DNA of 64,000 nt from Octopus vulgaris (taxonomy: Eukaryota): NCBI GenBank assembly GCA_951406725.2, contig OX597833.1, positions 73,160,001 through 73,224,000 on the forward strand, in the 5' to 3' direction. Position numbers and translations under genes: made by a program. Positions within the stretch are counted from its first letter, which is position 1; each line of letters starts with the position of its first letter. The notes under the pieces were generated by a model, which worked only from the letters and a program-made list of their open reading frames with translations, made no database searches and had not been told where the DNA came from. Below are positions 50,030 to 62,691 of this stretch, one piece after another.

Positions 50030-50485
50030 ATGGTTTTAAATGTTGGCACAGTCAGTAAGTTTGGAGGAGGAGGAGGTGGAGAGTCAATTACATTGACCCT
50101 AATGCATGACTGGTACAACCCTAAAAAGCATGAAAGGCAAAGCCAACTTCAGTGGAATTTGAACTCAAAATGTAAAGTTAGATGAGATGCCACCAAGCGT
50201 TTTGTCCAGTGTGCTAATGATTCTGCCAGTTGGCCAAATTAATAATAATAATAATGATGATGATAATAATAATAATCCTTTCTGCTATAGGCACAAGGGC
50301 TGAAATTTGGGGAAGGAGGATAGTTGATTACATTGACCCCAGTGAGTAACTGGTACTTAGTTTATTGACCCCGTAAGGATGAAAGGCAAGTTGACCTCGG
50401 CGGAATTTGAACTCAGAATGTAGTGGTAGACGAAATACCGCTCAGCATTTTGCCTGGCTAACGATTCTGCCAGCCTGCCACCTTA
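50030..50485 (-). mobile_element. Two tandem SINE copies separated by (TAA)n
   Basis: Both match 43265-43487. Confidence 0.8.
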
Positions 50486-50515
50486 ATGATACTAATAATA
50501 ATAATAATAATAATA

Positions 50516-51889
50516 CAGTAAAAGCTTGCAGTACGAGTGCAGCATTGTACGAGTAATGAGCCGAGGCTGATGCAGCAAATGCTTGTCTTGAAATACAAAC
50601 AGAAATCCACAAAACAAGTGAGTTTTATACAAGCAACTGGCGCTAGTCAGTGCTGAGCCCACACATGCCCTCCCAGCTGGTACAGCCTCTGCTTGCTTAC
50701 TTCATGTGTTTATCTCGTTGTGGCAGCATCCCTTTTGTTTTTTCTCAGTTTTGTACTTTTTTTGCTATTATTTTATAATAATTAGTTGTATTAGCCATGG
50801 GTCCTAAGAAGAAAAAGCTGATTACGATGAAACTGAAGAAGGAAATCGTTGATAAACATGAGAGAGGGCTCCTTGTAGGGTATATAGCACATCAATATGA
50901 CTGAAGCATGTTGACGGTCCACACCATCGTGAAGAAAAAGGATGAGATGAAGGCTGTTACAACAACAAAACGTGTCTCCAGGCTCTCTAAGCAATGCACA
51001 TCTGTCTACAAAGAGATGGGAAAATTGCTTCTCCTGTGGATCAAGAACAAGCCACTCACAGGGGATATGATGATGGAGACCATCACAAGCTCTGTATGGA
51101 GAGATCTCTTAAAGCAGAACCCTAGAACATTGATGAGGCAGATAACAGCAGATGCAATTAAAGCCAGTCGTGGCTGGTTTGGTAATTCCATGAAGAGGAC
51201 TGGTGTTCATAGAGTTGTCAGGTATGGAGAAGCATCAAGTTCTGACACAAAGGCAGCTGAAAATTTCTGAATTTCAAGAAAGGTATCATCCTGGAAATGT
51301 ATTCACAGCTTGTGCAGTTGCTTTGTTTAATGACAAATGCTCCGACACATTTTCGTAACATTTTGAAAGACAGGAAGAAGCAGACTTTCTCTTGATAGGT
51401 TTCTAATCAAACAAACGACCTGCAAGCGTGAAAAGTGAAGAAAGGGTGTCTAAAAAGCCTAAATTAAGCAAAGGGAGTGAGAAAATGCCAGAAATTGTTC
51501 TTCCTGAAGTCCTAATGGAAGGAGATTCTTCTTCCAGACAATAATCCTCCTCCTCCTCCCTGCTCCATCATCTTACTCATGCACAAAGCATCCCATCATT
51601 ATCATCATCATAAAGGTAATTAAAGTAATAAAATTAGTTTACATATTTATTTTGCATTCTCTTTCATTATTTTTATAATTGTCATTTTACTTGTAATTAC
51701 ACATTTTCTGTTTTGGTACCCCCCCCCCCAATGATTTTTTATGTTTGGCTGTGGTTTTTTGGGGGGGTCTGGAATGGATTAATTGTATTTTAATTAATTT
51801 CAAAGGGAAAAATTAATTTGTAAAGCAAGTAAATTGTCAAACGAGCTCGGTCATGGAACAAATTAAACTTCTACTGCAAGACATCACTG
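50516..51889 (+). mobile_element. Tigger/pogo DNA transposon, internally deleted
   Basis: TA flanks; imperfect TIRs CAGTAAAAGCTTGCAGTACGAGT / ACTTCTACTGCAAGACATCACTG; MGPKKKKLITMKLKKEIVDKHE, EMGKLLLLWI and KASRGWF (CENP-B-type HTH). Confidence 0.88.
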
Positions 51890-51956
51890 TAATAATAATA
51901 ATAATAACAACAACAACAACAACAACATTCAGTTTTTATACTTTTTCTTTTTTTAG

Positions 51957-51999
51957 ATGGCAGATGTTGTAAAATCTGGTTGGATTCAGCGCTATAGTA
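51957..51999 (+). CDS. First coding exon of a probable PH-domain protein (evectin/PLEKHB-like N-terminus)
   Basis: Strong acceptor (ttttctttttttag|ATG) and donor (|gtaagt); MADVVKSGWIQRYS resembles PH beta-1, e.g. PLEKHB2 MAFVKSGWLLRQS. Only 14 codons, so the identity is tentative. Confidence 0.6.
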
Positions 52000-52186
52000 G
52001 TAAGTAATGAGCTCCATTTATTCTTCTCATTTCTATGGTTCCTGTCATTCTTCTTTGTTTTTATGTTTATTTTTTTGCTTAGCCAGAAGAGGAAGGACAC
52101 CAGCTCCCATAACTATTTTGGTGTATGTCTGAGACTGATAGTGCTCAGAGAAGAAGAAACCATAACTTTATAGAAAACAGTGTGTG

Positions 52187-52220
<34 letters not shown>

Positions 52221-52544
52221 AAGAGTTACTGAGTTTAATCCCAAGAACTAGTTTGGCTGTTTGCAACAGAGTGGATGGCCTTTGATTCTATTGCTGGTTG
52301 ATAGTATGGCAGAGACAGTAACTAACCACTTTTCCACTCATGGCTATGCCACGAAGGAAAGACAAGTCAATATATTTGCAGCATCTGTGGAATTGCAGAT
52401 ATGTACAACCTTACATACCTGCTTTAGTGCTCCACTTTCCAGATTTTCTGAATGGGTTTACTCTCTTAGCCTTTCTTAATTGCTCAGTCGATTACCCTCA
52501 AGACGCCAAGGGTTTATTATTATAGTGAGCATAATTTGTGCAGG

Positions 52545-52982
52545 TCCAATGTGGCTGATGCCAGTGCAGCCTTGAAAGGCTTCTGTGCTGGTGGCACACG
52601 ACCTGCTGTGCTTGAGGAGACTTATTGAGTCAAGTACATCAACATCAAAATAAATATCAAATGGAAATTGTAGTTGTGATACCTGTGCCGGTGGCACGTA
52701 AAAAGCACCATTCGAACGTGGCTGATGCCAGCGCCGCTTTGACTGGCTTCTGTGCCGGTGGCACGTAAAAAGCACCAACCGATCGTGGCCATTGCCAGCC
52801 TCCCCTGGCACGTAAAAAGCACCCACTACACTCATGGAGTGGTTGGTGTTAGGAAGGGCATCCAGCTGTAGAAACACTGCCAGATCAGACTGGAGCCTGG
52901 GGCAGCCCCCTGGCTTCCCAGGCCCCAGTCGAACTGTCCAACCCGTGCTAGCACGAAAAACGGACGTTAAACGATGATGATG
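52545..52982 (+). mobile_element. RTE 3' end
   Basis: Ends ACGGACGTTAAACGATGATGATG; sub-repeats are CpG-rich, suggesting a young copy. Confidence 0.85.
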
Positions 52983-54379
52983 GTGTGGTGCACAAGTGCT
53001 ATGGGTCCCATAGCTATCAGGATATAGGATTTGTACGGAGTTATCTTCTCTTAGATGAGCAACTAATGAACTGAAGGGCTTCATCTGTCCTGGGTCAGTT
53101 GGCAGGTAGGTTGAGTGACCTTCTGGAGGCAACCTATTGCTGGGATCCTCACATGTGTTATTATTCTTGTTCAATAAACTTGGGAACAACAGGAGGTAAG
53201 AGATAGTTCCACACCCCTCAAAACCCTGCAACAAGGACCCATTACTGGATGCTGTTTAAAGCCCTACTCAGGATACCTGCAACAGACTAGATTCTGTGAA
53301 AAGCATCCAACAGCCTGTTGGGGCTTGTGCTGGAGCTCATTGTTTATACATATACTTTTTTTTTTGTTGTGCCTTTCAGTCTGGAGAGAAAGCAGTGTCC
53401 ATGTCCTGTTATGGACTCTGCCTTCAAGACTAGTGGGATGGAGAGAGAGAGAGGAAGATATCCTAAACCAGAGACGAGGGTTGCATGAACTCCACTTCAA
53501 TGTATCTCAGGTGCTAAGTTCACCACAAAGTCTTTGTTGTGATGTATTGGCTTTTGTGCCTCAATGACCTTGTGAACTATGTCAGTAGAGTGCAAGCTAG
53601 ACATATCAAAGGATGGAGGCCAGAGCAATATGGGCCGGCTCTTCGGAGAGGTAAAAATGGGTTTGTGTGGAGTCAACATCTCTATCTAGAAAAAGCAAAG
53701 TTACAGTAATATCGATGGTAATTGAAAGCCAGGAAGACCTTAAAGGAAATGTCTTGGAGCTTTTCTGGAGAAAAGTTGTTGATGGCTTCTGCTCCATGGA
53801 GAGTGAAGAAAGGCTTAAGTGCCAGGTGGTGGTGCCAAAGCAGAGGAAAGATTGATCCTGTCATGCAAGCAGGCTGTGGTGGGATTCGAACTCAGAGTAC
53901 AAAGACCCAAAGCAAATGTTGCAAAGCATTTGGTCTGACATACTTTCAGTTCCCCCAACTCATGGCTCTGGAATGGAACCTTGTTATTGACCCTGAAAGG
54001 ATGACAAACAAAGGCGACTTCTATAGGATCAGAGCACAGTCTTACAGAACAAACCCTGTGGGACTGTTTATCCTAATGACTCTTCCACCTGTTGCTGGAT
54101 TGAATTTTTATTTATTTATGCTTACATTGGTTTGGTCTGAAGGAATGAGCGATAGCTTTGGCCTTTGGAAATGCTCCAACCACCCCACCCAAAAAAAAAG
54201 AAAAGAAGAGAAAAGAAAAAGAGATTGAGGTTTAATCTGACTGACAGTTTTGCATAGTTTCCATCAAAGCAGGCTTTTTCAACCTTATAGTGCAGTGGAA
54301 GACTCTTGCCCAAAGTGCTGAGCTGTGGGACTGAACCTGAAGTCATATGGTTGCAATAGCCACACAGCCATGCCAGCTT

Positions 54380-55830
54380 CTCTACATAAAATATGTAGCT
54401 TAGAGGACAACAGGAAGTTCCTACAGGACAACTTTCTGAGTGTCACAGACCAAATCTGTGGCTGGTGCAAAGTCTCGAGCAGACCTAGGGTGATGTGGTG
54501 GAGTAGTGTTGTAGATAAGGCCATTACAGCGAAAGAATAGGGCTGGAAGAATTGTGGTAGCAGAGAACTTTATCAGGTAGTGAGGAGGGAGGCGAGAAGA
54601 CAGGTATACTTAGCTGGGCAAGAAGCAGAAAGGAAGAAGTTTACCAATGTTGTGTTGTGTGAGGACCAGTGGCTTAAGGTGTTTCTATTTGGAAGACAGT
54701 GAATCAGGAAAAATTATGTGTGTTCGTATGGATGATGGCTGATTTGCAGTTAGTGATTCTGCAAAGAAAGAGGCTTGAAAGTGCCACTATGAAAGGCTGC
54801 TAAATATAGAGAACACATGGGAGAAGGAGAGTCTGCCTAATGTGGAACCAATAGAGGGACCAGCTATCCAAATGGACAGTAGCATGGTAGATAAAGCTAT
54901 GAAGGATATGAAGACAGGGAAAGCTCCTAGCAACATTCACTGCTGGGATGCGTAAGATATCTGGCAGAGTGGGATATGGCCTAGTCACTCATATAGCTGA
55001 TGTAACAGCATTATAGTCAACTGCCACAGAGGCAAAGGTTACACCTTAGAAACAATTACAGAGGCATCAGATTGCTGGACCAGATGATGAAAGTTACAAA
55101 AAGGATCATAGCTCAATTAATGAGGAAGAGAGGTAGCCTAGATGAGATGCAGATTGGTTTTGTGCCCAGAAGAAGCATTAGTGATGCTATCTTCCTGGTG
55201 AGGCAACAGCAAGAGAGGTACTTGGCCAGAAATAAACCTCTGTATTTGGCTTTTGTTGATATGGGGAAAGCCTTTGTCAGGGTCCCTCTGTCTTTTATCA
55301 AGGGGTCAATGTGGAAACTAGGGATAGACGATTGGTTGGTGAGAATTGTACAAGCCATGTACAGGGATGCTGGTCGAAAGGTGAAAGTTGCCAACGAGTA
55401 TAGTAAAGAATTTAGTGAACAACTAGGAGTCCACCAGGGGTCATTTCTCAGCTGCCTTTTGTTTTGCATAGTCCCCCAGGTTATAAGAGAGGAATTTAAG
55501 ACTGGCTGCTCTTGGGAACTCCTCTATGTCAATGACCTTGTTCTTATTACTGAATTCCTACCAGAACTAGAGAAGAAGTTTCAGGTATGAAAGCAAAGTC
55601 TGGAATCAAAGAGCCTCAGAGTTAATTTAGCAGTGCTCAAAGTCCTAATAAGTAGGAAAAGAGATAAATCACAAATCCTTTTAGGAAGATGGCCCTACTC
55701 AGTATGTAGAAAAGGTGTCAGAAACTCCATGCAATGTACTCAGTGCAAACTATGGAAACATCAGAGGTGCAGTGGCATTACTGGAAGATTAACAGAGAAA
55801 GAAGTCTTTACATGGGGCAGATGTGCAGAA
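54380..55830 (+). mobile_element. RTE LINE RT fragment
   Basis: ORF 55072-55590: QIGFVPRRSISDAIFLVRQQQERY...AFVDMGKAF...GVHQGS...WELLYVNDL. Confidence 0.9.
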
Positions 55831-56856
55831 ACCCTGCAAAAAGCTTTGAGTGTTGTATATCAACAGTAGAGGGGACTGTTTTGAAGTGGACCCTTCAGAT
55901 TAAATGTAAATAGTTATAAATTTGTGTTATAAAAAGTCTCATTTTTTGTTTTGGTTGGACCTTGTAAATACAGTTCCTGGTTTTAGCTGTTATTTGCATT
56001 GTTATGAAAGAGGTTGATAATGGAGGAGTAGGAACACCTGACTATATTCGCTCAAGGTATTTGAAGATAGCTCTTTGTTCTGAGTTAAAAAATCAATATT
56101 TTGCTTATAGAATTGATTTGTTTGAGGAGATCAATAAAATATGTTACCATGCCGACCTATCATGTGATTATTTCAAACGACTTTTTCCTGCTCTTCTGTT
56201 GTGGGCATAATTTGTACCTTTGTGACTAATGAGAGAATTGTTGTTGTTATTGTTATTATTAAGGCAGTGATTGGGTGGAATTGTTATGTGCCAGATAAAA
56301 ATACGTAGCAGCATTCCTTCCAATGCTTCACATTTTGAGTTCAAATCCCATCAAGGTCAACTTTACTGTTCATCTTTTGGGAATCAATAAAATAACTCAC
56401 TGTGATTGATGTAATCAACTGCCCACCCACCAAAAAGAAAAAGGATTTCAGGCTCATTCCCTATAGCATCTTATAACTCAGTCCAGATGAAGGCTTACAC
56501 AACTGCTAGCAAGTGCTGGTCCCTGCTCCTTAACTATTTTATTACCACAAACTGCTTTTGTTTCAGTTAAGTTTTGAAAATTACAAAGAGTTTTGTAAAA
56601 TAGCTTTGACATGATTTAAGCTGGTTTTTGGAACATAAAGTAACATGGAAGTTTGATGGAAGGTTTTAATGTATGTCTCTTTAAAACAGAAAGTTTGTAT
56701 CAAAGAGCCAGCGGGTGGGGTGGGGGCAGACTCATGCAGGTCAGTACGAAAAGGATAAATCAGACAAGAATATTTATTGTGAAAATTGTGTGTACATTTG
56801 GTGTGATATCAATGATTATCTTCTGTATATTTTAACAACTATCTCAATTTTTTCAG

Positions 56857-56937
56857 GAGGCCATAACAAATTAAGTGGTTTTGATTATTTCATTCGGCAG
56901 CTGTTGTGTGGCCCCGTGTGTGGATCTCATAGATCGG
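56857..56937 (+). CDS. Candidate 81-nt symmetric (phase 1-1) exon of the PH-domain gene
   Basis: ttttttcag| acceptor and G|gtaaaa donor; open in the frame required by the 51957-51999 exon (RGHNKLSGFDYFIRQLLCGPVCGSHRS); no recognisable homology. Confidence 0.35.
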
Positions 56938-57711
56938 GTAAAATTGGTCTGTTCCTAACCATGTCTAATTAATAGAAAAATAGAAAAGACCTAGTTGGCA
57001 CCCCCTTTCATTTCCCTACCTGCAGTTGTTCCTATCCCTTGTCTGTAGTCTCATGATAAGCAAGTCTGTGCTGCCTGCAGGCTTTTAGAAGCCTTATTCT
57101 TAGAATGGTAGTTTAGAGTTTAGTACCACAGAAAGGAATCTGCACACCTCTTCAAATCAATAAAACTCTTTAATCAATGACTGGATATTGTTAATTACAA
57201 GCAAATGACCTGAAAATGCTGATTTTTAATGTTCCTCGTCTGTTTGATGCTGTTGTGTTTTCTGATATTCTTGGCCAGTAAAATGTAATGTGTGTGTGTG
57301 TACTTGTATGTTTGATATGTGCGCAGATGTATATGTCTAGATGCATGTATGTTTACATATATATCTATATTCATATCTGTATATTCATATCTGTAAGTGT
57401 ATACATGCATATATATGTGTGTGTGTGTGTATATGTATATACATACATGTATATATATTATAATAGAGAAAGTTTCTTATTAAATAGATTTGTAACAGTT
57501 ACTAAAAGAGAGCAATTATTAACGGCTTGACCGTATGGAAAGTCTTTTATAAATTCATATTCCAAGAAATTTGCTGTAATTTTGATCTCTGAAGTTTATT
57601 GAATATTTGAACTACAGGTTTTTCACAAATTTAAATATTCATTGCATTCCCTCCGTAATAGATTTAATAGACAATATTTTGCAGGTAAAATTTTCTGTTT
57701 TCTTTAACATT

Positions 57712-57835
<124 letters not shown>

Positions 57836-58654
57836 GCCTCTGTTTTCATTAATGATGATTTAATATATATTAATTTCAATATTTTCATTTCAAGTTTTAA
57901 TTTGCTATTTGCAAAACCCACAGTTTATTCTATATACATAATGAAAAACAATTATTTATTGAATGAATGAATGCTATTAGACAAAATAGCTGTATAACTT
58001 TGAGAGGCATAACTACGAATGTGTGCCCTCTCCCCTGACTTTGTTGCCTTATAATGTCCAGAAAAATGGATACTTTTAAACGAAATTTTCCTCAAATACT
58101 GTTTAGATGCTGTAGATTCAGAGTATTTAGGGATTTATGGGAAAGAATTTTTCTGAAGGGGTAGGGAGAGGAGTTTCAGAAAATTCACATGATTTGACAT
58201 TTTTCCCTTCATAACTTTCAGGAAAATGGATATCTTTTAATGAAATTTTATGCAAATACCTTTCAAACAACAGATTATGATTATAAAGAAATTTGTGGGG
58301 GAAATTTTTCCCAAAGGGGTGGGGAGAGGAGTTTTGAAAAAGCAGAGTTTTAGATCAGTTGGAATTAGTCTGTTTTGATGGGGTTTTTTCCCATTTTTTT
58401 TTAACCACAACCTTCAAAATGATGTAGGGCAAGGGTCATTGTTTTATGGGGAAAAAAAAAAAATTGTTTTTGTACAACCCCACCGTCATCCCATTCCAAA
58501 CCGATTTTGGCCAATTTATTTTGCACTTCATAACCATTCAGTAAAAAAAAAAAATTTTAATTATTAATATTTTCAGAGTAAAATGTGAGTAATTTATAGG
58601 AGATTTGGCACATCCTAAGACAACCCTCCTTGTTACTTTTTCACTCTTGAATGT

Positions 58655-58800
58655 ATTTCAGTTTCCGTCTACCAAATCCACTCACAAGGCATTGGTCAGC
58701 CCGAGGCTATAGTAGAAGACACTTGCCCAAGGTGCCATGCAGTGGGAATGAACCTGGAACCATGTGGTTGGTAAACAAGCTACTTACCACATAGCCACGA
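58655..58800 (-). mobile_element. tRNA-derived CORE-like SINE 5' part
   Basis: Minus strand GGCTATGTGGTAAGTAGCTTG...GGTTCATTCCCACTGCATGGCACCTTGGGCAAGTGTCTTCTACTATAGCC; other copies at ~5075, ~5700, ~54290, ~60490 and 63665. Confidence 0.8.
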
Positions 58801-58862
58801 ATCCATAGTAAATATAAAAACGCGCATACCACATACAATAGGGGCTCTTTCCAGTTTTTGTC

Positions 58863-60400
58863 CATCATCATCATCATCATCATCAACATCCATTTTCCAT
58901 GCTGGCATGAATTAGATGGTTTGAATAGAGATGATGGTAAGCTGGAGAACTGCACCAGGCCCCAGTCTGTTTTGGCTGGATTCCTACGGCCCTCCTAACA
59001 TCAATCACTCTACAGAGTGTACTGGGTGCCCTCTTACATGTCACTGGCACAGGTGCCATTCAGGTGTCACTAGCACTGGCCACAACCATGACTTCACTTA
59101 GCTCGATGTGTCTTCTCAAGCACAGCAATTTGCCAGAAGTCTCAGCCATATGTTATTGTCTCTGTGAGACTCAACATCCAAAGATCACATTTCACCATCT
59201 CGTCCCACATTCTTCCTGCGCCTACCTCTTCCGCAGGTTTCTTCCCCAATTAGAGATCAGCACTTCTTTACACAGCTGTCCTCGTCCATATGCATGACCA
59301 TGCCAGCACAGTCTTCGGTCCTGCATACTACCCATCTGATGTCTCTTATACCCAATTTTCCTCTTAAGACACACTCTGTCGCATGTGTACACTGACATTG
59401 CATGTCCTCTATAGTCACAGCCCATGTCTCATTTGGCCATGCAGCATAGCTATTCGTATGCTGGCATCATACAATCTGCCTTTCACTCTGAGTGAGAGGC
59501 CCTTTGTTACCAACAAAGGTAGTAGCCCTCTGAACTTTGCCCATCCCATTCTTCTTCTAACAGCTATGCTTTCAGAACAACTTCTACGACTGCTAGCTCA
59601 CCTAAGTAATGGGGACTGTCTACTACTTCTAAGGGTTCCTCTGGACATTTGAGGGAGTCTATTTTCCATACATTCCTAGTGTTTAATGTACCTGTCACAT
59701 GTTAACACTACTTTCTCTGGTAATCTTCCAACGATACCACTGCACCTCTTAATGTTCATAGCATGCATTGGGTATACCTTATAAAGTTTCTACCTACATC
59801 TTCTCTACATATTGAGCAGGGCCATCTGCCTGAAGGAATTTCTGATTTGTCTGTTTTCCTACACACTAAGACTTTGATCTTTATTAACTCTAAGGCTCTT
59901 TCATTCCAAACCTTTCTGAAATATCGTCTTTAGTTGTGGTAGTGATTCAGCTATAAGAACAAGGTCATCAGCATAGAAGAGGAGCTCCCAAGGACAACAT
60001 GTCTTAAATTTCCCTGTTATAGCCTGGAAGACTATGATGAATGAGATGGGGCTGAAAACCAATCCTTGGTGAACTCATTGCTGGTTTTCACCTTACTGAC
60101 AGCATCATTAGACATACCTTGTACAGCTCTCACTAATCACTCATCTATCCCTACCTTCTGCATTGACCACTTGATATAGTTCTTTGCTACCATCACCCTT
60201 CAAGTCCTGTTTCTTTGCTCTTATGGCCCTGCCAACTACACTGTTCTACCACCATCTCACCCTATGTCTGGTTGGCATGTTGCGCCAGGCACAAATTTGG
60301 TCTGTGGCACTCAACAACTTCCCCTGTAGGAACTTCCAGTTGTCCACTATATTACATGTCTGTAATTCCTTCTTCTTATTAAATGCTTCTATTGGGACTC
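58863..60400 (-). mobile_element. RTE LINE, fragmented RT to 3' end
   Basis: Reverse complement of sequences found at 54380-55830 and 60775-61864; (CAT)n terminus at 58863. Confidence 0.85.
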
Positions 60401-60774
60401 TAAATATGTAACTATTCACTCAGTAACAATGCTCTGGTTGGCCTGGGGCTATATCGTGTATGTGTGTGTATCTACACACACACAAATACAGAGGCTTCTT
60501 TCAGTTTCTGTCTACCAAATCCGCTCAAAGCTTTGAGCAACTTGTGGCTATACATGAAGATACTTGCCCAAGGTGCCATGCTGTGGAACTGAACCTCAAA
60601 CCCTCAAGTTGGGAAGCAAATTCCTTAACCATACAGCCATACATGCACCTAGAGAATTGTGTGTATGCGCATATATATATATATATATATTTATATATAT
60701 TGGGAAGAAAATTTTTGTGTGTGGCAAATATTCAGGAGCAATAAATTACTGAAAACATGCAGAGAATATCTTCC

Positions 60775-61864
60775 ATCACATTCCATTGGGAAAAACTAGA
60801 AGTAGTTGATAGCTTAGCTTCCGTTGCCTAGGTGACCAAGTCAGTAACAGGGGTAGATGCTCTGAAAATGTAGCTGCTAGAGTAAGGATATTCTGGGCAA
60901 AGTTCAGAGAACTCCTACCTCTTCTGGTGACAAAGGGCCTCTTGCTCAGAGTAAAAGGTAGACTGTATGATGCATGTGTGCAAACAGCCATGCTACATGG
61001 CAGTGAAACATGGGCCGTGACTGCCGAGGACAGGCGTAAGCTTGCAAGGAATGAAGCCAATATGCTCTGCTGGATGTGTAATGTCAGTGTGCATTCACAA
61101 CAGAGTGTAAGTGCCCTGAGAGAAAAGTTGGACTTAAGAAGCATCAGATGTGGTGTGCAAAAGAGACGATTGCGCTGGTATGGTCATGTGTTGCGAATGA
61201 ATGAGGGCAGCTGTGTGAAAAAGTGTCACACCCTAGCAGTTGAGGGAACCTGTGGAAGAGGTAAACCCAGGAAGACCTGGGATGAGGTGGTGAAGCACAA
61301 ACTTTGAACATTGGACCTCACTGAGGCAATGACAAGTGACTGGGACCTTTGGAGATATGCTGTGCTTGAGAAAACCTGGCAAACCAGGTGAGACCATAAC
61401 TGTGGCTTGTACCAGTGCTGTATAACCAGCCCATTTAAGAGTACTCTTCAATTGTTGGACAATAAACTATACTTGCAAAGACCTCTTGAGGCAAGTGAAA
61501 TGACTGTTGTGGACGATGACAGTACCACCTGATTGGTACCCATGCCAGTGGAATGTTAAAAGCACCATTTGAGCGTGATCGTTGCCAGTGCTGCTGGACT
61601 GGCTCCTGTGCAGATGGCACGTAAAAAGCACCATTTGAACATGACCGATCCCAGTACCGCCTGACTGGCCCTCATGCTGGTGGCACATAAAAGCATGCTC
61701 TACACTCTCGGAGTGGTTGGCGTTAGAAAGGGCATCCAGCTGTAGAAACTTTGCCAGATCAGATTGGAGCCTGGTGCAGCCTTCTGGCTCGCCAGCCCTC
61801 ATTCAAACCATCCAACCCATGCCAGCATGGAAAGCGGACATTAAGCAATGATGATGATGATGAT
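60775..61864 (+). mobile_element. RTE LINE 3' 1.1 kb
   Basis: ORF 60927-61307 (KGRLYDACVQTAMLHGSETW...RRLRWYGHV...GKPRKTW) plus 3' UTR and (GAT)n tail. Confidence 0.92.
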
Positions 61865-62580
61865 ATATCTAAGGTACCATCTTCTCCATATGTTTTAGTT
61901 TCAGTGTGTCTTGTGGTGTACTTGATCATCCCCTCTCGACCATCAAACACTTATGACATCTCAATACCTACCCATCCACTTACATACAGATGCTATGGAG
62001 AGAGAGGGCTGTGCTCCCAAATGCCCAGGACAGCTTTGCAGCCCCTCTTCCCCTATGTTCTTCAGAGAAAAGACAACCTTTATGGCAAGCCACATGGGAC
62101 CACCATTGCCCATGATAACTTGTTTATATGAAATAATAAACGAGTTAGTGATGTGATTCAGGTCACCAAGGACAATGTGTTACAGTAATTAGATGAATAA
62201 CTTTTCCAGCCTGTCAGCAAGTTAATTAAAAGCTCAATTAGTTTCTAGTCACCTTCAGTTTAAAATAGCCAAGCTCGTTAATGTCAATTACACACTCGAT
62301 CCTTGCCAACTTAGCAGTTGCTTCTTTCTTTCCTTGCCTGCTTCTATATCTTGCGCTGACTATCATTCACACTCCCCCTCTCTCTTTCTCTCTACACACA
62401 CATACGCATATATATATGTGTGTGTGTACATGTTGACACACAGACAAACACTTGTATATGTATATACATTACTGTTTGGTCTTAAATCAAGTTTTACACA
62501 CACACACACAAACTGTTAAGACATTAAGCTGAAGGTTTACTCTGTATGTTTTAGTAGGATACCTGTTAATTAACTTCCCC

Positions 62581-62691
62581 AAGGAAAAGGTGGTCAGTGA
62601 CTCTGAACTTTCAACTTGCTTCTTGCCATCATCAGACTAATGTCGTTGGCAAGAAAGCTGAAAGTTCAGAGTCGCTGTCAAACTTTTCCTT
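62581..62691. repeat. ~110-nt imperfect hairpin
   Basis: AAGGAAAAG...GACTCTGAACTTTCA...TTCTTGCCA pairs with TGGCAAGAA...TGAAAGTTCAGAGTC...CTTTTCCTT. Confidence 0.8.

Noticed and set aside
52476-53234. 252-aa minus-strand ORF
   Set aside because: Runs through the RTE 3' UTR antisense; the same peptide fragments recur at every RTE copy.
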